From Spirochaetota bacterium (GTDB lineage: Bacteria; Spirochaetota; Brevinematia; DTOW01): DNA of 64,000 bases. The first letter of the stretch is position 1. The number at the start of each line of letters is the position of its first letter. The notes beneath the pieces are model-generated. The model was not told where the DNA came from. It searched no databases and was given only the letters and a program-made list of their open reading frames with translations. The DNA is taken from contig JANXAC010000001.1 of the NCBI GenBank assembly GCA_025061835.1, positions 76,684 through 140,683 on the forward strand. Direction: 5' to 3'. Position numbers and translations under genes: made by a program. This document shows positions 1-10,155 of this stretch, piece after piece.

Positions 1-54
1 TTTTACTTGCTTATGTAAAATTGCAAGTAGATTATTAAATATGGGAGGTAAAAT

Positions 55-1161
55 ATGGTTTGGAAGAATGAAAAAATAGAAGAATTAATTAAAAAAGCTT
101 CTGAGATGATTGATCAGAAGCAGTATAGTAAATCTATTGCACTTATAGAGGAGGGGTTGAAAAATAATGAAAATAACACCGATCTATTGTATCTTCTTGG
201 AACTGCTTACAGAAAGAGTCTAATGTTTGATGAAGCAATTAACACCTTCAACAAGTTGTTATCAATAGACCCCAACAATAAAAAAGCACTACTAGGGCTA
301 GCAGACTCCTGGAGAGGTTTAAAGAACTGGGAAAAATCTCTTGAGGTATGGAACAAATACATACAAATAGAACCCAAAGATTCACTCGTCATAACCAGAA
401 TGGGTGATGCTTACAGAAAATTGAAAAACTATCAAAAAGCAGAAGAGTGTTATGTAAAAGCTATTGAACTCAATAACAAAAACAAGTTTGCTTTGATGGG
501 AATAGGAGATATGTTTTATAAACTAGAGGAATTTGATAAAGCACTAATGTACTGGGAGAAATTGATAGAAATAAGACCTAACACACTTAATGTCCTAACG
601 ATGATAGGTAATATATACAGAAGGAAAAAGATTTTCTCAAAAGCTGTCGCATATTATCAAAGAGCACTTGGGGTTGATTACGAAAACTTCTATGCTTTAT
701 ACGGTATAGCAGATGCCTTAAGAGGAATGGGACAATTCAAAGAGTCTCTAAAGTATTGGATAAGACTTGCAGAAAAGTATCCCGACAACCCAAAAATACT
801 TACACGATTAGGAGATACTCTGTTAAAAGTCAATAAGGACAGTGAAGCAGAGGTTGCTTTCAACAAAGCTCTAGAGGCAGGTTATAGTAAATATGCTCTT
901 ATAGGACTCGCAAAAATAAAAACTAAGCGTAAAGAATTCCAGCAAGCGATAGATATTTGCAACTCACTTATGAAACAACATCCTGATGATATAAGAATAG
1001 TTTTACTACTTGGCGATATATATGAGAGCATGGGACTTAAGAAAAACGCAGAAGCGTTGTATAAAACCTCATTACAAAGATTTAAAAACAATAAAGAACT
1101 AACATCTAGATTAAGCAGACTTTCTCTGAAGAGTTTTGAAGATAGTATAGAAAAGGTATAA
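55..1161 (+). CDS. Tetratricopeptide-repeat protein
   Basis: 368 aa of tandem ~34-aa TPR units (LYLLGTAYRK, ALLGLADSWR, ALMGIGDMFY, ALYGIADALR); GGAGG SD upstream. Confidence 0.9.
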   Translation: MVWKNEKIEELIKKASEMIDQKQYSKSIALIEEGLKNNENNTDLLYLLGTAYRKSLMFDEAINTFNKLLSIDPNNKKALLGLADSWRGLKNWEKSLEVWNKYIQIEPKDSLVITRMGDAYRKLKNYQKAEECYVKAIELNNKNKFALMGIGDMFYKLEEFDKALMYWEKLIEIRPNTLNVLTMIGNIYRRKKIFSKAVAYYQRALGVDYENFYALYGIADALRGMGQFKESLKYWIRLAEKYPDNPKILTRLGDTLLKVNKDSEAEVAFNKALEAGYSKYALIGLAKIKTKRKEFQQAIDICNSLMKQHPDDIRIVLLLGDIYESMGLKKNAEALYKTSLQRFKNNKELTSRLSRLSLKSFEDSIEKV

Positions 1162-1163
1162 GA

Positions 1164-1865
1164 TCACTGGATATACCGATAACCCTTCAGATCAAATGAG
1201 AAAATATCGTCACTCACTTCAAAACTAAATCTTCGAATATAGTTTATGTTAGTTTCAGTAAATAAAACGGTCTTTATTACACCCAACTGTTCAACCACGT
1301 AACCTTTGAAGAAGTATTCTTTTGATTTCTCATCTAAAGTCAACTCTTTCAACGCAAATAGCCTTGAAAAATTTTCATAATTATACTCATATCCTGCTGA
1401 CCTTAAAAGAGAGGAATCAAAGTTCGTCTTTATTCTCATAAGGTCAAGAGTTATAAGATAATACCCTCCGAAATTATCAACCAACCTTACACACCTAAAT
1501 CCATTTACATTCGTAAATTCTCCTGAGTAAGATATCTTTATCTCTCCGACAAATGTCTTAGCAAACCTTATAAAACCATTTATTCTACCAGATAGCTCAT
1601 CTAACCACTTTCTTATAGGTAAGACTCTGTATTCTCTATTCTTCGTATCAATAACTATCGCCTCAGACTTATCAATGTTATATATTATGATACTATTGTT
1701 TTGAGTTCTATCAGTTCTAAACATATTACCCTTGATGTAAGTTCTTGTGTAATTCGTTTCTTTAAAATTTCTTATAGAAATCTCCTCGTAGAAAAATTCT
1801 ATATTAGCGTATGAGTAAATATTGATAACTAACAAAAATAAGATAACTTTAAATGCTAGTTTCAT
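1164..1865 (-). CDS. Secreted hypothetical protein (weak DUF4412/LolA-like beta-rich fold resemblance)
   Basis: 233 aa ORF with N-terminal signal-peptide-like stretch; YIKGNMFRTD and NVNGFRC segments. Confidence 0.55.
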   Translation of the reverse strand: MKLAFKVILFLLVINIYSYANIEFFYEEISIRNFKETNYTRTYIKGNMFRTDRTQNNSIIIYNIDKSEAIVIDTKNREYRVLPIRKWLDELSGRINGFIRFAKTFVGEIKISYSGEFTNVNGFRCVRLVDNFGGYYLITLDLMRIKTNFDSSLLRSAGYEYNYENFSRLFALKELTLDEKSKEYFFKGYVVEQLGVIKTVLFTETNINYIRRFSFEVSDDIFSFDLKGYRYIQ

Positions 1866-1934
1866 AGTTTATTAAAGATAACAAAAAGTCAATAAAAATC
1901 AAAAATTACGACCTATTCTAGTAGTTAGACATCC

Positions 1935-2804
1935 TCATCTTTCACAATAAAAATCAACTATGGACTTGTTTGAAACCCTTAGCCTGTTTAGAGTTTTGAC
2001 AATATCTTTGTTTAGTCGTGTATCCAGAAACGAAGTTATCCTACCTCTAGATAACTTGCCTACTAATACATTATCCTTAATCTTAAAACGATATGAAACA
2101 AGGTATAATAATACCAGATCAAAGATACTTATCTTATCAATAGGTATAAGATAAGAGTTTTTGTTAAAAACTTTTATGTTCCTGTGTGTTTTCTGGTTTG
2201 GTATTATAACATTGATTATACCATCTCCGAGCAAGTTATTGCTTACAACTACCAGTTCATTCTTCATAAGTGTCTTATAGAAATTGAGAGTCTCCCTGTT
2301 TATACTTCGGTAATTCCTGATGTAGTGTCGTATAACATCTTCAACTTTATGATACTCAAGAACATTCATAAGAGATACAAAAGAAGATGTGAAACTGTCT
2401 GAAAATCCTAGTGTTATCTTATTAACGAATTTCTTGAGTGACAACAATGGTGAGTTATTGAGCAATTGCTTAAAAAAGTTCTTATCTTCCTCAATATAGT
2501 TCAAAACACTTAAAGGAATATACGATCTTGAAGCAATAAACCTAAAATTTTCAGAAGGAGAACTTTGATAATTTACAAAGAACGACAAAATCTTTGACAA
2601 AAACTTAACTTGTTTAGTAGTTATCCTTTTCTGGACGATACTTCCGCGATTTTCATAAACGAATAATGATATCTTTTTATCAAATCTTATCTCTTTCCCG
2701 TATTTAATACTCTTTTTCGTTATTGAGTAGTTCTGCGATATTTCAAGATTGTTTATAACTATCTTGTCAGCATATTTCACAATACTAACATTCTTACCAT
2801 CCAT
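1935..2804 (-). CDS. Hypothetical protein (basic)
   Basis: 289 aa ORF filling the gap between same-strand genes; no motif recognised. Confidence 0.55.
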   Translation of the reverse strand: MDGKNVSIVKYADKIVINNLEISQNYSITKKSIKYGKEIRFDKKISLFVYENRGSIVQKRITTKQVKFLSKILSFFVNYQSSPSENFRFIASRSYIPLSVLNYIEEDKNFFKQLLNNSPLLSLKKFVNKITLGFSDSFTSSFVSLMNVLEYHKVEDVIRHYIRNYRSINRETLNFYKTLMKNELVVVSNNLLGDGIINVIIPNQKTHRNIKVFNKNSYLIPIDKISIFDLVLLYLVSYRFKIKDNVLVGKLSRGRITSFLDTRLNKDIVKTLNRLRVSNKSIVDFYCER

Positions 2805-2911
2805 ACATTTAAACTATTCAGAATTTTTACGCGTAATTTAGGATCAATCACTATCACATTATTTTCTATGAACATATACCTATTTTCAAAATTCAAGACT
2901 ATATAACAAAG

Positions 2912-5209
2912 TTAAAAATTCTTCTTCAAAGCAAGATATACAATCTGTCCGAACGAAATTCCTCCATCATTTGGAGGAACCCTCTGATTTGTTAAAACCT
3001 TAAATCCCTCACTTTTAAGAACTCGGATAGTTTTATCCAGTAGATATCCATTTTGAAAAACACCTCCACTCAAAGCAACATTTCTACATCCAAACATTTT
3101 ACTCATCTCACTAACACACGTCCAAATTATCTTGACTAATGTATTATGAAACTTGAGACTTATTACTTCCTTTGGAATATTCTCATTCAAGTCTTGGTAG
3201 ATACCCAGGATTATCTTCCTCCAATCAATCATCTCTCCTTCCAAACCAAACTGATAAGTATCATCAGAAAACTGACTTGCATCGTAAAGAGCAAATTCAA
3301 GTTCCATAGCAGATTGTCCTTCAAATTTTGAGTAGTTTGAGATACCCAGTATTGAGGATACACCATCAAACAGCCTTCCCGCACCAGATGAATTTACAAA
3401 ATATCCTCTTCTGAAAAGATTTACTACATTCCTTACCTCTGGATTATCTCCGTATATCTTAAACACTGCTTCATCAAGCGAAGACATAATAAGAAGTGCT
3501 ACTCCTATCCTCCATGCCTCCTTGATTGAGATCTCACCCCCTACGAGAGGTATAGGTAAGAAGTGGAAGACTCTCTTAAAGTCCCCCTTGCTTACAAACA
3601 TAAATTCACTGCCCCATATTTCTCCATCCGTTCCGTATCCAGTTCCATCCCAAGCAACACCTATAACATCCTGATCAATCATACCATTCTCCCCTATAAC
3701 TGAAAGTATATGAGCAAAGTGATGTTGAACCTTTACTATATTTTTACCATTCTTTTCAGCAAACTGTGTAGATACATAATCTGGATGGAGGTCACAGACA
3801 GTATATTCAGGTTCTATAGAGTAAAATTTAGTTAGATCCTTTATACTTCTTTCAAAAGCCTTTATAGACTCAAGAGTTTCAAGATCTCCTATATGCTGAC
3901 TCATTACAACATACTTATCAACAGACATTGCCACAGTATTTTTCAGATGTCCTCCAACACCGATAGCAATAGACAAAGGTTTATCCAGAATTAGCGGCTT
4001 CGGGACAAATCCTCTAGCCCTCCTTATGAGTATTGTATTACCATCAGAAGTTATCTTAATAACACTATCATCAACATGTCTTACAATTCTACGATTGTGT
4101 ATCAGAAAGTAATCTGCTATGCCTTTGAGCCTTTCAAATGCTTCCTCATTATCTATACAGATTGGTTCATCTGATATATTGCCACTTGTGAATACAACAG
4201 GAACCTTAACCTCTTCCATAATAAGTATATGTAATGGTGTATAAGGTAGAATACACCCTAGAAAAGGATTCCTCGGTGCAACGAGTTCAGAAATATCTAC
4301 TCCCTGCTTTCTTCTCAAAAGAACTATAGGAGCAATATATGAAACAAGGTATTTCTCTTCTACCTCGCTAACATAGCAATATCTCTCAACATCTTCTAAA
4401 CTCCTAAACATAACTGCAAAAGGTTTTTCTTCCCTTCTCTTCCTTCTCCTTAATTCTCTGACAATATCATCACTATCAGCCCTACAAACAATCTGAAAAC
4501 CACCTATGCCTTTTATAGCAACTATATTACCCTCTAGTATTAACCTAGACGCTTCTCTTATAACCTTTGCTGTGTATTCTCTCCTTTCGTTTTCTTTTTT
4601 CGGGTAGCTACCTAATAAATTCCTAAGGTTTGAGTCAAGAAATTCTAGATGAGGGCCACACTCAAAGCAAGCAACTGGCTGTGCGTGAAAACGCCTATTT
4701 GAGATATCTTCATATTCACTCCTACAGAACTCGCACATATCAAAATCTCTCATTGATGTGTTGTGTCTATCATAAGGTATGTCTTCAATTATAGAAAACC
4801 GAGGACCACAGTCAGTGCAGTTTATGAATGGATATAAGAATCTTTTGTTTTTACTGTCAAATAACTCTCTTCTACAATCTTCACATATTGAGATATCTGG
4901 TGGAATGATAGGTAGTTTTTGAACACCTTGAGTGCTAGGTAGTATATTGAATTCATTCTCACCTAATACTTCAATCTCTTGAGTTTTGAGAGAGTATATC
5001 TCACTTGCCCTAGGAGGAGATGTAAGGATTATATTGATAAAATCATCTATCTTATCTTTAGTTCCTTCAACTTGGATATACACTCCACTACTGTCATTTC
5101 TAACCCATCCACTAAGTCCTAGTTGCTTACAAACTCTATACACAAATGGTCTAAAACCAACGCCTTCAGATAAACCCTTTACTTCAATAGAATATCGTTT
5201 AATACTCAT
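2912..5209 (-). CDS. hypF: [NiFe]-hydrogenase maturation carbamoyltransferase HypF
   Basis: Acylphosphatase-like N-terminus (GVGFRPFV), two Zn fingers (CEDC..CTDCGPR, CEFC..CFECGP), YrdC domain (KGIGGF, TSGN), Kae1 domain (DLHPDY, QHHFAH, DGTGYG, PPNDGG). Start moved to ATG at 5209. Confidence 0.97.
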   Translation of the reverse strand: MSIKRYSIEVKGLSEGVGFRPFVYRVCKQLGLSGWVRNDSSGVYIQVEGTKDKIDDFINIILTSPPRASEIYSLKTQEIEVLGENEFNILPSTQGVQKLPIIPPDISICEDCRRELFDSKNKRFLYPFINCTDCGPRFSIIEDIPYDRHNTSMRDFDMCEFCRSEYEDISNRRFHAQPVACFECGPHLEFLDSNLRNLLGSYPKKENERREYTAKVIREASRLILEGNIVAIKGIGGFQIVCRADSDDIVRELRRRKRREEKPFAVMFRSLEDVERYCYVSEVEEKYLVSYIAPIVLLRRKQGVDISELVAPRNPFLGCILPYTPLHILIMEEVKVPVVFTSGNISDEPICIDNEEAFERLKGIADYFLIHNRRIVRHVDDSVIKITSDGNTILIRRARGFVPKPLILDKPLSIAIGVGGHLKNTVAMSVDKYVVMSQHIGDLETLESIKAFERSIKDLTKFYSIEPEYTVCDLHPDYVSTQFAEKNGKNIVKVQHHFAHILSVIGENGMIDQDVIGVAWDGTGYGTDGEIWGSEFMFVSKGDFKRVFHFLPIPLVGGEISIKEAWRIGVALLIMSSLDEAVFKIYGDNPEVRNVVNLFRRGYFVNSSGAGRLFDGVSSILGISNYSKFEGQSAMELEFALYDASQFSDDTYQFGLEGEMIDWRKIILGIYQDLNENIPKEVISLKFHNTLVKIIWTCVSEMSKMFGCRNVALSGGVFQNGYLLDKTIRVLKSEGFKVLTNQRVPPNDGGISFGQIVYLALKKNF

Positions 5210-5301
5210 AAGGTAATTATTTTGAAGAAAAAATCTCATTTCAAACTTATAAATTTTTGAAAATAACATCTATACTCTTTGAGTATTCAAGAGTAAATTT
5301 T

Positions 5302-6099
5302 ATGCTCTTCGTAAGAATTTTGATTTCTTTGGTCTTTTTGTGTTGTTTATATTTCAATACAAATGCTCTCTCATATAAGAAATATGAATTATTGCTATCT
5401 GAAAGCAATTATATATTCGTTCAGGCTTCATACAAGAGTGAGAGTCTTTCATCACAAGTATTTTACAAGTACAATGAGTTTTTGTCTTTCGGTTTTGACT
5501 TCTGGGGCATATTCTCTGTGCCTATATACACCTACTCTGGATACATAGAGGAAAACCTAACTTTTTACAAGATTGGAATTTATGCTAATATCTTTAAGTT
5601 CAGATTGTTTAACAAAAAATTTGGTTTTATTACAAGATTTTCAACAGGAAGTATTATTGATTATAGGGATTTTTTAATTTCGTTTGAGATTTATTCCTAT
5701 GATAGCCTGCTAGAGAATCTGTACTACTTAATTTCTCTGAAAGATGTAGGTTTCGGTATTTACTATACTACCTTCATTCCTCTGAATATCGTAGTTAGTC
5801 CAATCTTGATTTCAACAGGTATAAGATACAAAATCTACAATCTTAACATAGATACCACTCTGTTTGGTATAGCCGAACTAGATACAGGTAGATATTCAAC
5901 CTACGCTAGTTTATACCTCGCTTACAAGTTATTTGAAGGAATGTCAATTGGTTTAGGTAACACTTTCAGGATTGGTAATTACCTAAACATTGAACTTTTC
6001 TCATCATTAAGTAATGAGATTTTTACAATCAGAGCTGGACTAGGTTTTGGATATATCAATGGCATTATAGCAAACTTTGAATTCTCAACAAAAATATAG
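5302..6099 (+). CDS. Hypothetical exported/outer-membrane beta-barrel-like protein
   Basis: Signal-peptide-like start (MLFVRILISLVFLCCLYFNTNA), aromatic/Gly-rich alternating strands, C-terminal NFEFSTKI. Confidence 0.55.
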   Translation: MLFVRILISLVFLCCLYFNTNALSYKKYELLLSESNYIFVQASYKSESLSSQVFYKYNEFLSFGFDFWGIFSVPIYTYSGYIEENLTFYKIGIYANIFKFRLFNKKFGFITRFSTGSIIDYRDFLISFEIYSYDSLLENLYYLISLKDVGFGIYYTTFIPLNIVVSPILISTGIRYKIYNLNIDTTLFGIAELDTGRYSTYASLYLAYKLFEGMSIGLGNTFRIGNYLNIELFSSLSNEIFTIRAGLGFGYINGIIANFEFSTKI

Positions 6100-6110
6100 T
6101 AAAAGTATAT

Positions 6111-6770
6111 TTATACAAACCTAAACCATCCTGTTTCAGTTCCGACTAGTATCGTAGAGAATTTTGTGAATATTCCGTTTTCAATTATACCTGGTATGCT
6201 TTTAAGCCATCGCTCCGTTTCTTTTGGATTCTCAAGCCTCATATAACACTCAAGTAAAAAATTCCCATTGTCGCTTACTACAGGTCCTAACTTACCTTTT
6301 CCAACCCTCAACGTTGGGTTGAATTCCTTAAGTTCCTTCATAACTATCGGTGCAGCGAACGGCAATACTTCCATATTCACTACACCTTCCAAGACACCAT
6401 CAACGATCTTTGATTCATCCACTATAACTACAAACTCATTAGCATTATAGTCAATTATTTTTTCTCTTGTTAGAGCTCCACCTCCCCCCTTTAGAAGTGC
6501 CTCTTTATTTGCTTTATCAGCACCGTCAATAGCAATATCTATTCTATCAACCGCATCTGTTTCTGTGACGAATATACCATTCTGTATTGCAAGCATCCTT
6601 GAAGAGTAAGAGGTAGTAACACATACAACATTTAATCCCTCTTTGACTCTTTGACCAAGTAGTTTTATAAATTCTTGAACTGTTGTTCCACTTCCTAAAC
6701 CTATTATCATACCACTCTTCACATAATCAAGAGCTGCCATTGCTACATTAACTTTTGGCAAAGATGACAT
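6111..6770 (-). CDS. rpiA: Ribose-5-phosphate isomerase A
   Basis: GLGSGTT, DGAD, KGGGGALTREK motifs. Confidence 0.97.
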   Translation of the reverse strand: MSSLPKVNVAMAALDYVKSGMIIGLGSGTTVQEFIKLLGQRVKEGLNVVCVTTSYSSRMLAIQNGIFVTETDAVDRIDIAIDGADKANKEALLKGGGGALTREKIIDYNANEFVVIVDESKIVDGVLEGVVNMEVLPFAAPIVMKELKEFNPTLRVGKGKLGPVVSDNGNFLLECYMRLENPKETERWLKSIPGIIENGIFTKFSTILVGTETGWFRFV

Positions 6771-6822
6771 TACATTCCTCCAATAGACAACGAATTATAA
6801 GAGGATATTAGGCCAATACATA

Positions 6823-7413
6823 TCACAATCTTTCTACCTGATCAAAATTTATATTCAAAGGTGTCTCCCTATTAAATATAGTTACGTTGACTTTAAGTTT
6901 GAACTTATCTGGATAAACTTCAACAACCGTCCCAACAAGTCCCTTGAAAGGACCATCAGTTATCTTAACCTGATTTCCGACCTCAAATGAAGAAGACAAA
7001 TCAACGAATGCTCTACTCTTAAATTCACCAGTTCTCTCAAATATTGCCCTAACCTCTTCTATTGACAGTGGTTTAGGAGGAACTTTGTAGGATCTTACTC
7101 CGCTTTGCTCATATTTAGCACCTAAAAACCCAATAACACCGTGAATATTCTTTATACTCCTTAGAAAGTACTCAAGACTTCTTTCTTCTGACGGTAAGTC
7201 AAGTTCCATCAGAATATACCCTGGAAAGATTCTTTGCTTTTTTGAGTGCTTTTTATCATCTTTGCCTTTAACTTCAACGACTTCAGTAGGAACTTTAATA
7301 TTAACAATAACTTTTCTTATGTTTTCATCCTTTTCTGAAAGTCTCTTGACTTTCTCAACAACATTACTCTCAAGCCCTGCTATAGTATGTAGAACATACC
7401 ACGCTCTACTCAT
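6823..7413 (-). CDS. nusG: Transcription termination/antitermination factor NusG
   Basis: WYVLHT..G.E, IFPGYILMEL, KOW motif VKITDGPFKG, IFNRETP; downstream of secE. Confidence 0.96.
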   Translation of the reverse strand: MSRAWYVLHTIAGLESNVVEKVKRLSEKDENIRKVIVNIKVPTEVVEVKGKDDKKHSKKQRIFPGYILMELDLPSEERSLEYFLRSIKNIHGVIGFLGAKYEQSGVRSYKVPPKPLSIEEVRAIFERTGEFKSRAFVDLSSSFEVGNQVKITDGPFKGLVGTVVEVYPDKFKLKVNVTIFNRETPLNINFDQVERL

Positions 7414-7424
7414 AAGCCAAACCT

Positions 7425-7610
7425 TTACTTTAGTATCATACCAACTATGGTTGAGGATACGAAATCAACTATTCCAAGTATTATTGATACTATGATTATA
7501 AATAATATTACTACTCCTGATGAAGAGATTACTTCTTCTTTAGGAGGCCACGAGACCTTCTTCATCTCATCAACAACATCTTTGAAGAACTTGACAATTC
7601 CTTTTATCAT
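7425..7610 (-). CDS. secE: Preprotein translocase subunit SecE
   Basis: EMKKVSWP motif plus one TM helix; between tRNA-Trp and nusG. Confidence 0.95.
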   Translation of the reverse strand: MIKGIVKFFKDVVDEMKKVSWPPKEEVISSSGVVILFIIIVSIILGIVDFVSSTIVGMILK

Positions 7611-7630
7611 ATCATCCCTCTCAATTCATT

Positions 7631-7705
7631 CAGGCCTGGTGGGGCTCGAACCCACAACCTCCGGATTTGGAGTCCGGCGCTCTGGCCAATTAGAGCTACA
7701 GGCCT
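7631..7705 (-). tRNA. tRNA-Trp (CCA)
   Basis: Cloverleaf AGGCCUG/CAGGCCU; anticodon arm CCGGA-CU-CCA-AA-UCCGG; UUCGA T-loop; no encoded 3' CCA. Confidence 0.97.
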
Positions 7706-7706
7706 A

Positions 7707-7789
7707 TGGGGATGGAGGGACTCGAACCCTCACGGGCATTCACCCAGGGGATTTTAAGTCCCCCGCGTCTGCCGTTCCGCCACACCCCC
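7707..7789 (-). tRNA. tRNA-Leu (UAA)
   Basis: Acceptor GGGGGUG/CAUCCCC; anticodon loop CU-UAA-AA; long variable arm; discriminator A. Confidence 0.96.
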
Positions 7790-7807
7790 ACCCAAAAACA
7801 TAAATCT

Positions 7808-7837
7808 ATTATATACAACAAGTCGTTAGTATTTCAA
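7808..7837 (-). promoter_or_regulatory. Sigma-70-type promoter for tRNA-Leu/tRNA-Trp/secE/nusG
   Basis: Minus strand TTGAAA-N18-TATAAT just upstream of tRNA-Leu. Confidence 0.75.
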
Positions 7838-7981
7838 CCTGAAGTCTGGATTAGTAAATAAAACAATAAGATTGATAAAAACATAGTAACAATCACAACA
7901 TCTTTAGTAAAAACTTTGGAATTTCGGGCAAAGTCGCTAAAATTATTGAAAGTATTTTGCAACAAATTGAATATTATATCT

Positions 7982-8710
7982 ATGGTTATAGCAATCTTCT
8001 CTGATATTCATTCAAATCTTGAAGCACTTGAAGTGTTCTTCAATCAAGTCTACGGTAAAGTTGATAGGTATATATGTTTAGGAGACATTGTTGGATATGG
8101 ACCAGATCCTTCACCTTGTATATCAATAGTGAGGAATATATGTGGGGCTGAATGGGCAGTAAAGGGTAACCACGACCGTGCTTTGATTAGTCCAAAAGAA
8201 ACATCTAACTTCAACTTCGTCGCAGCGGAGGCTATATTCTGGACACTTGATAGAGTTTCGGAAACAGACATTGAATATATAAAAAGTCTAAGTGATGTTA
8301 TAGATTATAACGGATATATCTTCACTCATGGAGGACTTATAGATATAGATGAATATATAACATCAATCTCTTCAGCTACTAGAAACCTAAACAGGTTGAG
8401 TAGATTAGGTAAGAGAATAATGTTTTACGGGCATACGCATATACCAGCGATATGGTCATCCAAGGGATTTCAACCAATAGAGTACGGGAAGAAGATATAC
8501 CTTGATAAGAACGAACTATATCTTATAAATCCCGGAAGTATCGGACAACCTAGAGATAACTCACCCTTGGGAAGTTATCTACTGTTTGATGAAAGTGATA
8601 CATCAGTAGTTTTCAGAAGGTTTGAGTATAACGTTCGTGAAACCTACCGAAAGATTACATCAAGAGGACTTCCAGAATATCTAGGCAGGAGATTGATGTT
8701 TGGTGTCTAG
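7982..8710 (+). CDS. Calcineurin-like metallophosphoesterase
   Basis: SDIHSN, GDIVGYGP, GNHD, GHTH, NPGSIGQPRD motifs; start moved to ATG at 7982. Confidence 0.92.
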   Translation: MVIAIFSDIHSNLEALEVFFNQVYGKVDRYICLGDIVGYGPDPSPCISIVRNICGAEWAVKGNHDRALISPKETSNFNFVAAEAIFWTLDRVSETDIEYIKSLSDVIDYNGYIFTHGGLIDIDEYITSISSATRNLNRLSRLGKRIMFYGHTHIPAIWSSKGFQPIEYGKKIYLDKNELYLINPGSIGQPRDNSPLGSYLLFDESDTSVVFRRFEYNVRETYRKITSRGLPEYLGRRLMFGV

Positions 8711-9864
8711 TATTGAATTACTATTATCTTTTCTATCTTACCATTAACAACTCTTTCAACTTTCATCTCCATATTATCAAGAACAATTTTCTCCCCGCTC
8801 TCTGGAATTTTACCCATCCTCTCAACTATGAAACCTGAAACAGTGCTGTAAAACTGTGATGTTATTTCAGTTTGGAAGAACTCGTTGAAATCACTTATAG
8901 GCGTATCACCATAGACAAGGTATTCATTCTTTCCAATTTTGGTTATTTTAGAAGTTTCTTCCTTGAATACATGATCAAATATTATTTCAGGACTTATAAA
9001 ACCTATTATGTTTCCATACTCATCAACTATGGCAACTGCAGTAAAACTTCTTGACTCCAAAAGCATATCATACAACTTTTTGGTTTCTGGAACAAAACTT
9101 ATAGGTTCTACATAGTCTTTAATATTACCATTGCCAACAATAATCCTACCAACATTCCAAGGTCGTATAACCCCAACTATATTATTCCTATCATTCTCAT
9201 AAACCAGTACATTTGAGAAATTCAGATCCACGTTCCTTAAAACATCTTTGTTATCCGCTTCAACCAATACCAAATTACTTATAGGTATCATAACTTCTTT
9301 CGCATCCATATCTAGCAACTCAATAAATTTCTTAATTTTTGGGTTTTTCGTGTTTCGTTTTACTATATTTACCAACTCTGTCCTGTCCTTCTTTGATAGA
9401 TAACCAGATCTACTAGTAAATGGATATATGATCCTTCTGTCAACAAACCTAAAAAATGTTTTACCTACAAGGTTTATAATAAATACAGACTTTGATATAC
9501 CCAAAACTGTCCTCTCTGCGATTGAGTATCCACCAATTTTAGGCAGTATTTCTCCGAACAAAGTTATAAGTAGAGATATTACTATCGTTGATGTTATTAT
9601 ACTCAAAGAGACTAACAGGTTTGACATCACTATAGTGAATGTTGTATTGAATAACATGTTGATAAAAAGTATAGTTATTAGTGTCTCTCTGTGTCTCTCA
9701 AGAAGACTCTTCAGATACTTACTCCTCTTCCTATCTTTGATTATAAGTTTGTGAAGTTTTACCTTATCCACTATAAAAAGTGATAGTTCGGAAAATGATG
9801 CAAACATAGACCCTGCTATTGATACAACAGCCACCAACGATAGAACTACTTGAGTCGTTTCCAT
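8707..9864 (-). CDS. CNNM/HlyC/CorC-family membrane protein (DUF21-CBS-CorC)
   Basis: FASFSELSLF, TLFGEILPK, degenerate CBS pair (IVDEYG), CorC domain (TVSGFIVERMGKIP). Confidence 0.88.
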   Translation of the reverse strand: METTQVVLSLVAVVSIAGSMFASFSELSLFIVDKVKLHKLIIKDRKRSKYLKSLLERHRETLITILFINMLFNTTFTIVMSNLLVSLSIITSTIVISLLITLFGEILPKIGGYSIAERTVLGISKSVFIINLVGKTFFRFVDRRIIYPFTSRSGYLSKKDRTELVNIVKRNTKNPKIKKFIELLDMDAKEVMIPISNLVLVEADNKDVLRNVDLNFSNVLVYENDRNNIVGVIRPWNVGRIIVGNGNIKDYVEPISFVPETKKLYDMLLESRSFTAVAIVDEYGNIIGFISPEIIFDHVFKEETSKITKIGKNEYLVYGDTPISDFNEFFQTEITSQFYSTVSGFIVERMGKIPESGEKIVLDNMEMKVERVVNGKIEKIIVIQY

Positions 9865-10155
9865 AAAAACTTGAAACCTTCTAAACTTTGTATTATTTCT
9901 TCCAGAGTCTTATCTCCAATTAACTCCAGTGAATATTTTAAAACACACTCTGACATAACGTAAATTACTTACTATATTTTTCATTATTCACCATAGGATC
10001 TTGCAATTTCAAAACACCCTTTCCAATTGAAGTCTAAAACATTTTGGATGATGGATTGATAAGTCAGTTCTAGAGCACCATCAATTCTAGAATTAACTTG
10101 ACATAAAAACACAACAACATTTTATATTTCTATTGGTGAATAGTATCCAAAGATT

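Noticed and set aside
4..29. TACTTGC-N12-GCAAGTA inverted repeat upstream of the first TPR gene
   Set aside because: Only 7-bp arms at the window edge with upstream context missing; cannot be assigned
5150..5180. HypF acylphosphatase motif reads GLSEGVGFR rather than GxVQGVGFR
   Set aside because: Catalytic Arg and Asn (VRND) are retained and the rest of the protein is intact; probably ordinary divergence
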